A DNA stretch of 64,000 bases from Lepidodermella squamata (lineage: Eukaryota; Animalia; Gastrotricha). Within the stretch, counting starts at the first letter, position 1; every line of letters starts with the position of its first letter. The notes under the pieces were generated by a model. That model saw only the letters and a program-made list of their open reading frames with translations. It made no database searches and was not told the DNA's origin. The stretch spans positions 1,318,139 through 1,382,138 of the forward strand of contig JBLDXI010000034.1 in the NCBI GenBank assembly GCA_047495785.1. Reading direction: 5' to 3'. Position numbers and translations under genes: made by a program. This document shows, in pieces, positions 57,043 through 64,000 of this stretch.

Positions 57043-57155
57043 ATGAGATTCATATTTGCAATTGCTGCCGCTTGCACCCTACAAGTGTGCTCAGCTATCA
57101 TTTGCACGCCCGATATCTGCAGCAATGCCGACTGCTCCTCGGCCATGCTCGAGAT
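57043..57155 (+). CDS. 5' part of a secreted Cys-rich small protein, truncated by the inner end of the right palindrome arm
   Basis: TATAAAAG at ~56981; signal MRFIFAIAAACTLQVCSA then IICTPDICSNADC. Sequence from 57156 on is the reverse complement of 55614 backwards. Confidence 0.6.
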
Positions 57156-57264
57156 CCAAGCAAATCGACATCTTTCACCTTTAAAGAAATTAAGGCGCGG
57201 TGACAAAGCAGCGAAATTCCCACGGTATAGCGTGGCGAACGATATTTTATGCCGATGCCGCTGA

Positions 57265-58618
57265 CTAAACCTCACGCGGTCTGCCAGGACGACCCTTGCC
57301 AGCAGGCGCCGGTGGTGGAGCTGGGGCGTACACAGGAGCAGCTCTCGGTGTCTTGATGTCCGCCATGCCCTGACGGGTCAAGCGGCTCTGCTCGGATGGA
57401 ACTTCAACCTCACGGGGCTTGACAGGACGACGCTTGCCAGCAGGCGCCGGTGGTGGAGCTGGGGCGTACACAGGAGCAGCTCTCGGTGTCTTGATGTCCG
57501 CCATGCCCTGACGGGTCAAGCGGCTCTGCTCGGATGGAACTTCAACCTCACGGGGCTTGAGAGGACGACCCTTGCCGGCAGGCGCCGGTGGTGGAGCTGG
57601 GGCGTACACAGGAGCAGCTCTCGGTGTCTTGATGTCCGCCATGCCCTGACGGGTCAAGCGGCTCTGCTCGGATGGAACTTCAACCTCACGGGGCTTGAGA
57701 GGACGACCCTTGCCAGCAGGCGCCGGTGGTGGAGCTGGGGCGTACACAGGAGCAGCTCTCGGTGTCTTGATGTCCGCCATGCCCTGACGGGTCAAGCGGC
57801 TCTGCTCGGATGGAACTTCAACCTCACGGGGCTTGACAGGACGACGCTTGCCAGCAGGCGCCGGTGGTGGAGCTGGGGCGTACACAGGAGCAGCTCTCGG
57901 TGTCTTGATGTCCGCCATGCCCTGACGGGTCAAGCGGCTCTGCTCGGATGGAACTTCAACCTCACGGGGCTTGAGAGGACGACCCTTGCCGGCAGGCGCC
58001 GGTGGTGGAGCTGGGGCGTACACAGGAGCAGCTCTCGGTGTCTTGATGTCCGCCATGCCCTGACGGGTCAAGCGGCTCTGCTCGGATGGAACTTCAACCT
58101 CACGGGGCTTGAGAGGACGACCCTTGCCAGCAGGCGCCGGTGGTGGAGCTGGGGCGTACACAGGAGCAGCTCTCGGTGTCTTGATGTCCGCCATGCCCTG
58201 ACGGGTCAAGCGGCTCTGCTCGGATGGAACTTCAACCTCACGGGGCTTGAGAGGACGACCCTTGCCGGCAGGCGCCGGTGGTGGAGCTGGGGCGTACACA
58301 GGAGCAGCTCTCGGTGTCTTGATGTCCGCCATGCCCTGACGGGTCAAGCGGCTCTGCTCGGATGGAACTTCAACCTCACGGGGCTTGAGAGGACGACCCT
58401 TGCCGGCAGGCGCCGGTGGTGGAGCTGGGGCGTACACAGGAGCAGCTCTCGGTGTCTTGATGTCCGCCATGCCCTGACGGGTCAAGCGGCTCTGCTCGGA
58501 TGGAACTTCAGCGAAAACCGTGGCGACCTTCCGGGTAAAGTTTTGAAAATTTTATACAGCGAGCTTTTATACGGCGCAAAGAACTTACCAGAAGTACCAC
58601 AGCAGCGTAGTGGAGCAT
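57265..58618 (-). CDS. Mirror copy of the nine-cassette peptide polyprotein gene
   Basis: Identical 406-aa ORF 57265..58485 plus the mirrored signal-peptide exon (ATG at 58618). May be an assembly duplicate. Confidence 0.6.
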
Positions 58619-60536
58619 TTTATCACTAGAATTTGAAATTCGGTCCGAAAAAGTTTAGCGTTTTTCAAAGCTAAATTCTTGATAATGAAAGAGAGTTAGG
58701 CTCGTTCCCTCCTTCTCGGGTGAATTTTCCACCTGCCGAGCGCCATGATGTTTGGGAGTTTACATTAATTTGCACCCTTGTTCGGGCCATCATTCCGGTG
58801 TTTTGTGCACGGACTGATCTACCATCATTATATGTTGGCATAACGGGAAAGAATGTGCGTGAAAAATTTGAACACCCACATGCACGCATGCCAATGTACG
58901 TGAAAATTACGCCATGTTACCCCACTCAGCGTTTCAGAGTTCTAGCGAATGATTCAGTTATTAAGAAAAACTGTAACGCAAGTGCAGTATTATAATAAAA
59001 ACGGAAATAAAAAGTAAACATTGAAAGGGAGAGGTTATGAATAATATAAAACATCTTCTGTGAGCTTTGTTTTATATATTAGCCTCAAGACCAGCTTTTC
59101 AGACCCAAGGCGCGGAATAGCGACCTGATGAAGGCGAATATTTTAGCCATTCGTATAAAAGCTTCCAGATATAGTTGTGTTATCCGGGCCACTATCATCA
59201 ATTTCTTAACAGTAAAGTTACCGTTCAGACGGATTAAGCAATAATATTGAAAATTAAAATCCAACTTGAAACTTTGCATCAAATTTGCAACAGCGAATGA
59301 TTTTCAACTGCTGAAAATCATCCATCACTTTTTTCTGCGATTTAAAACTTCACGCTCATCCGCATCGACATTGAGCGCATTTATCTCGAGGTGAAAAATG
59401 CCAAGTCTATCTCTCGAACGGCGAATCTGCATCGAGCCGCTCAATCTTGGGTGTCAAGCTGCTACGTAGCTTCAAGAAGAATTGTCAGTCAACCAGCGAT
59501 ATGGCAACGACTTGTTCGGCCCGACTTGTTTGTTGCACCATCCTCCTTTGGCAAGTTGAGGCTCGCTCAAGTTTCTAAGCAATCGGCGATAATTCTCGGC
59601 CGCGGTAAATCTTTCGCTGCCTCTAACCTGATCAAATGGCTTGCCCCGCTTGTGGATATCTCTTATAATTTGCGACAAATCCCTCAGCCTTGTTAATTTT
59701 CTTTCAGAAACAGCTCAGGATAGCAGTACTTATTTCGGGCTGTTTAATGGCATATTTCCCGCTATGATAACCCGGATAACCCATTTAGATTAATTAGACG
59801 GAGAGGCTTGGAATATTGATGAGAAAAATAGTTGGAAATGGTAAGGAAACAATGCACAATTGCAGGACAGGGCACATAGCAGGAACAGGATAAGTGAGTT
59901 TTCGCTTGTCCGTCTCAGTCAAATATGCTTGTGCGGAGACTCTGGAGGAAGAAAATGCTCAGGAGAAAGGAAGAGGGATGGATTGCACTTTACCCCGCGA
60001 TTGTAAGCAGATTAATCATGAAAACTAGGCTAGTTACTGCTAAAAATAAGTTAAACCGTTATATATCCGGCTCCCTATGAGCGGTGGCTTAGATTTCATA
60101 CTCGCTTCTCTTTGTCGAAACTTCTCTGAACTCATTGAAGCATGAAAAGTAAGGAAAAAATTGACTCACTGCGAAGATCACATTCGAAATGTAACACGTG
60201 GGATCGAGAAGAAAAAGGCTGTAATATGTATTTTTCGACCAATTTCTGCACGCTGATAAAGTTTATTAATTATGACACGCCAAGCTCTCAATTCATAGGT
60301 ATATTTTTGCTCACGCCTTCACAAATTTAATTTAGCTAAATTCAGTGTTAACTACAAACGTTAAAACTGCAAATAGGAAGAAATTATTGCAAGCAAAAGC
60401 AATACTATAAGTGGGAAATTCACAAGAATGATGGACATTCGATATTCCATGCGATTTTACAAGAAATATCCTTTAGGCCAATTACTTGTTTCGGGAGATG
60501 AGCTTCGTGCCGTAAACCCGACTGCACCAGTTGGTA

Positions 60537-60761
60537 CTAGTTGCTTTCTGCGTTTTGAGCGACTGCCTCTCGCCGACACAAACCCTGGAAGATCGCCCAA
60601 GCCCAATTTGGATCTTGAGTAGTCGGATTGCATAGAGCGACGCTTGCATAGCATAAAACCTATTGGAATGTGCGTTTCAAAATTATAGGTATAACATCGA
60701 TACAATAGCAAGAATGAACTTATACCAGAAGAAGAGACAAGGCAACGACGAAGTTGTTCAT
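60537..60761 (-). CDS. Mirror copy of the 52-aa secreted peptide gene
   Basis: Reverse complement of 52009..52233. Confidence 0.4.
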
Positions 60762-61223
60762 CTTCTAACAGGACCTTTTTATTTTCAACTATAAGTAGCA
60801 GTAGAGCGAAATTTGACAGAAATGAATTTCGTCCCTTCTATCTTTTCCTCATTCTTCAGTTAACGTGCAACGCACCTGGCGGAATGACAAACAAAAGAAT
60901 GAAAGTATCACGCAAAAACCCTGGGGAAAGAAATGAGCGCGCCGAAACGGGTGGCTGTTTAAATTCTCATATATTATCTCTCCTTCTCAACAAGCAGGAA
61001 ATTAGCCAGCGGAAAATTTGTAAGAAAATTTAGCTTTGATGAGTGGATCGAGTACATATTTGAATTGTGTGCGAATATCAGCTATGGATGTCAAAAATCG
61101 CCCTTCGCCAATTGATTGAGAGTTGATGCGATGGTATCGCGGGTGAAAATCGAACCATCAATAAGACGCCGATTTTCGACCTAGATTGGGACAACTTTGT
61201 TCAATCATCAGCAAGCGTCTTGT

Positions 61224-63984
61224 ACACTAGAAAAAATTAACCCCTGATCAGGGGTCAGCTGTTTAAACCATTTTGCTGACCAGGACGAAAAAGGGACAAC
61301 CCCTGATAATCAACAGTCGCCAGCTGATAATCCACGTCATTTCATGCTGATCAGCATGACTTTAGCCGCTTTTACATTACTAGCCGCTTTTACACTACAC
61401 TATTCGAATGGTAAATGATGGTAAATGATGGTAATTGCTCCATTGTTAAATAACAGTGATTAGCCAATTTTATGCGTTTTTAACGTTTTAAATCGCTGTT
61501 ATGAGAGAGCTAAAATATTTTAAAATTGTGTGACTGATTTCAAAAGGCATTACAGCATTCCCGATTTCCCGTAAAAATGGATGTAATACCTAGGCTTTAA
61601 ATTCAGCACCCAAACAAAAATTCCTGCCTTTGCATAATTGAATACTTGAATAAATTCCGCTAAGCTTTTTTGTAAAAATTATGTTGGCATATTCCTTGCT
61701 TCATCACCGTGAACGCGAGGTTTTTCGCGTAAGAAAATTGCCTGCATAACAACTTTACAATATTTTTCAAGGTGATTGACTATTCGCCGTAAATTCTCAA
61801 GAGGGCCTTACTTTTAGTTGAAACGATGTCGCGGAAACGTTTTTTAATTAATTTTCAAAATTCGCGATTAATTTGAAACATATTCAGTTAACGTTTTCAG
61901 TTAAGGCATGGCCATCGCATTACAAACAAGACGTGATAATTAAAATTTAAAAGACAAATTTAACCTGGAAACTGGGCCTCGGTGTTGTTTTTAGGCCTAT
62001 TTTTCCTTCAATAATTCGAAGTTTGAAATTATTTCTTGATGCGCCAAGAGGATCGGCAAACCCCGGGCGATTTTTAAGCTATCAATTAATAACCATATTA
62101 TCTTTTTGCGGAACCAAAATTGGCTGTTGCGGACCCATATTTCAAGACTTGGAAATTTTTATGATGATTTATTTTGATTTTTTGAGTTTTTGAAATTAAT
62201 CTGGAAATTTCAGAAAATTCGAAAAATGCATTTAGGCGAATTAATCACTCAAAAATAGTTTCCGCTTCCGGCCAAATTTAATTCCGCATTTTTGGTTCCG
62301 CTAAAAGTAAGAACCATTAATAATTTTACAGCAATTTTGTGTGGAAAAGGTGTCAAGAAATACCTTGAAAAATAATTAAAAATTACCCAAAATTGGAATC
62401 TCGACAATTTCCCAACGCGGAGAAGCCGCGAGCTCAAAGTGATGAAGCAAGGAAATTTGGTCCAACAAATTTACAGAAACGCTTCGCGGAATCGCGGAAA
62501 ATTCGCGAAATTTACACGATAATTTTTTCTTTAAATTCGGCCAGGTACTGAATAAAGCTCAGGCATCCTATCCGGTTTGACAGAAAATTAATCAGGTTGT
62601 AAATGAGTCGCAAAAATACCCACGTAAACTGGTTTTAATTATTTTTAGTTTTCTCAAAAGCACGATAAAACTGTGAAAATAAGCAAAAACAAGCTGATCC
62701 TTGTTATTCAACAATTGAGTAATTACCATCGTTTACCATCATTTACCATTCGCTTAGTAGTAGTGTAAAAGCGGCTACTACTAAGCGAATGGTAAATGAT
62801 GGTAAACGATGGTAATTACTCAATTGTTGAATAACAAGGATTAGCTTGTTTTTGCTTATTTTCACAGTTTTATCGTGCTTTTGAGAAAACTAAAAATAAT
62901 TAAAACCAGTTTACGTGGGTATTTTTGCGACTCATTGACAACCTGATTAATTTTCTGTCAAACCGATAGGATGCCTGAGCTTTATTCAGTACCTGGCCGA
63001 ATTTAAAGACAAAATTATCGTGTAAATTTCGCGAAGCGTTTCTGCAAATTTGTTGGACAAAATTTCCTTGCTTCATCACTTTGAGCTCGCGGCTTCTCCG
63101 CGTTGGAAATTGTCGAGATTCCAATTTTGGGTAATTTTTAATTATTTTTCAAGGTATTTCTTGACACCTTTTCCCACACAAAATTGCTGTAAAATTATTA
63201 ATGGTTCTTACGTTTAGCGGAACCAAAAATGCGGAATTAAATTTGGCCGGAAGCGGAAACTATTTTTGAGTGATTAAAATTCGCCTAAAATGCATTTTCC
63301 GAATTTTCTGAAATTTCCAGATTAATTTCAAAAAATCAAAAAATCAAAATAAATCATCATAAAAATTTCCAAGTCTTGAAATATGGGTCCGCACCAGCCA
63401 ATTTTGGTTCCGCAAAAAGATAACATGGTTATTAATTGATAGCTTAAAAATCGCCCGGGGTTTGCCGATCCTCTTGGCGCATCAAGAAATAATTTCAAAC
63501 TTCGAATTATTGAAGGAAAAACAGGCCTAAAAACAACACCGAGGCCCAGTTTCCAGGTTAAATTTGTCTTTTAAATTTTAATTATCACGTCTTGTTTGTA
63601 ATGCGATGGCCATGCCCAACACCTTGAAAAATATTGAAAAGTTGTAATGCAGGCAGTTTTCTGACGCGAAAAGCCTCGCGTTCACGGTGATGAAGCAAGA
63701 AATTTGCCAACATAATTTTTACAAAAAAGCTTAGCGGAATTTATTTGAAATATTCAATTATGCAAAGGCAGGAATTTTTGTTTGGGTGCTGAATTTAAAG
63801 CCTAGGTATTACATCCATTTTTACGGGAAATCGGGAATGCCTTTGAAATCAGTCACACACTTTTTAAAATATTTTTAGCTTTCTCATAACAGCGATTTAA
63901 AACGTTAAAAACGCATAAATTGAGCTAATCACTGTTATTTAACAATGGAGTAATTACCATCATTTACCATCATTTACCATTCGA
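61224..63984. mobile_element. Mirror copy of the right part of the CACTA element and its nested fold-back pair, lacking the left end
   Basis: Begins CACTAGAAAAAATTAACCCCTGATCAGGGG after TA and mirrors 51547 back to ~48784. Confidence 0.7.
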
Positions 63985-64000
63985 CTCTCACGAGATGTGT

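Larger units (their letters stand above)
48784..63984. repeat. Giant inverted duplication: arms ~48784-55614 and 57156-63984 (~6.8 kb each), spacer 55615-57155
   Basis: ORFs mirror with coordinate sums of ~112770 (e.g. 54285..55505+ and 57265..58485-). The differences I spotted are single-base, mostly indels. Confidence 0.95.

Overview
Compact, intron-rich eukaryotic DNA, almost certainly from an invertebrate animal (many ~50-nt GT-AG introns; no prokaryotic features). The left ~45 kb is gene-dense: two tandem aldehyde dehydrogenases, two tandem PTTG1IP-like genes, SMC3, RABL3 (with a Ty1/copia relic in an intron), a TRMT9B-like methyltransferase, an orphan membrane protein, a six-domain thyroglobulin type-1 protein, glutaminase, a glycosyltransferase-like gene, a C1GALT1-like gene, a NEK-like kinase that can be spliced in frame to an AIG1/septin-like GTPase with a Cys motif, and two carbohydrate sulfotransferases. 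The right ~17 kb is an accessory region holding small secreted-peptide genes. The most notable is a family of multi-cassette precursors: a signal peptide, an invariant acidic linker R-EVEVPSEQSR, and variable Pro-rich, mostly cationic peptides (9 cassettes in one gene, 2 divergent cassettes in a paralog). The region also has a CACTA-type element containing an inverted pair of Harbinger-like elements. A ~15-kb palindrome (two ~6.8-kb arms, 1.5-kb spacer) covers most of it and may be real or a fold-back artefact. Other notable points are a K-to-Q change at the SMC3 acetylation site and operon-like gene spacing with splice acceptors just upstream of start codons. All exon models were built by eye and family calls rest on recalled motifs; no searches were run.
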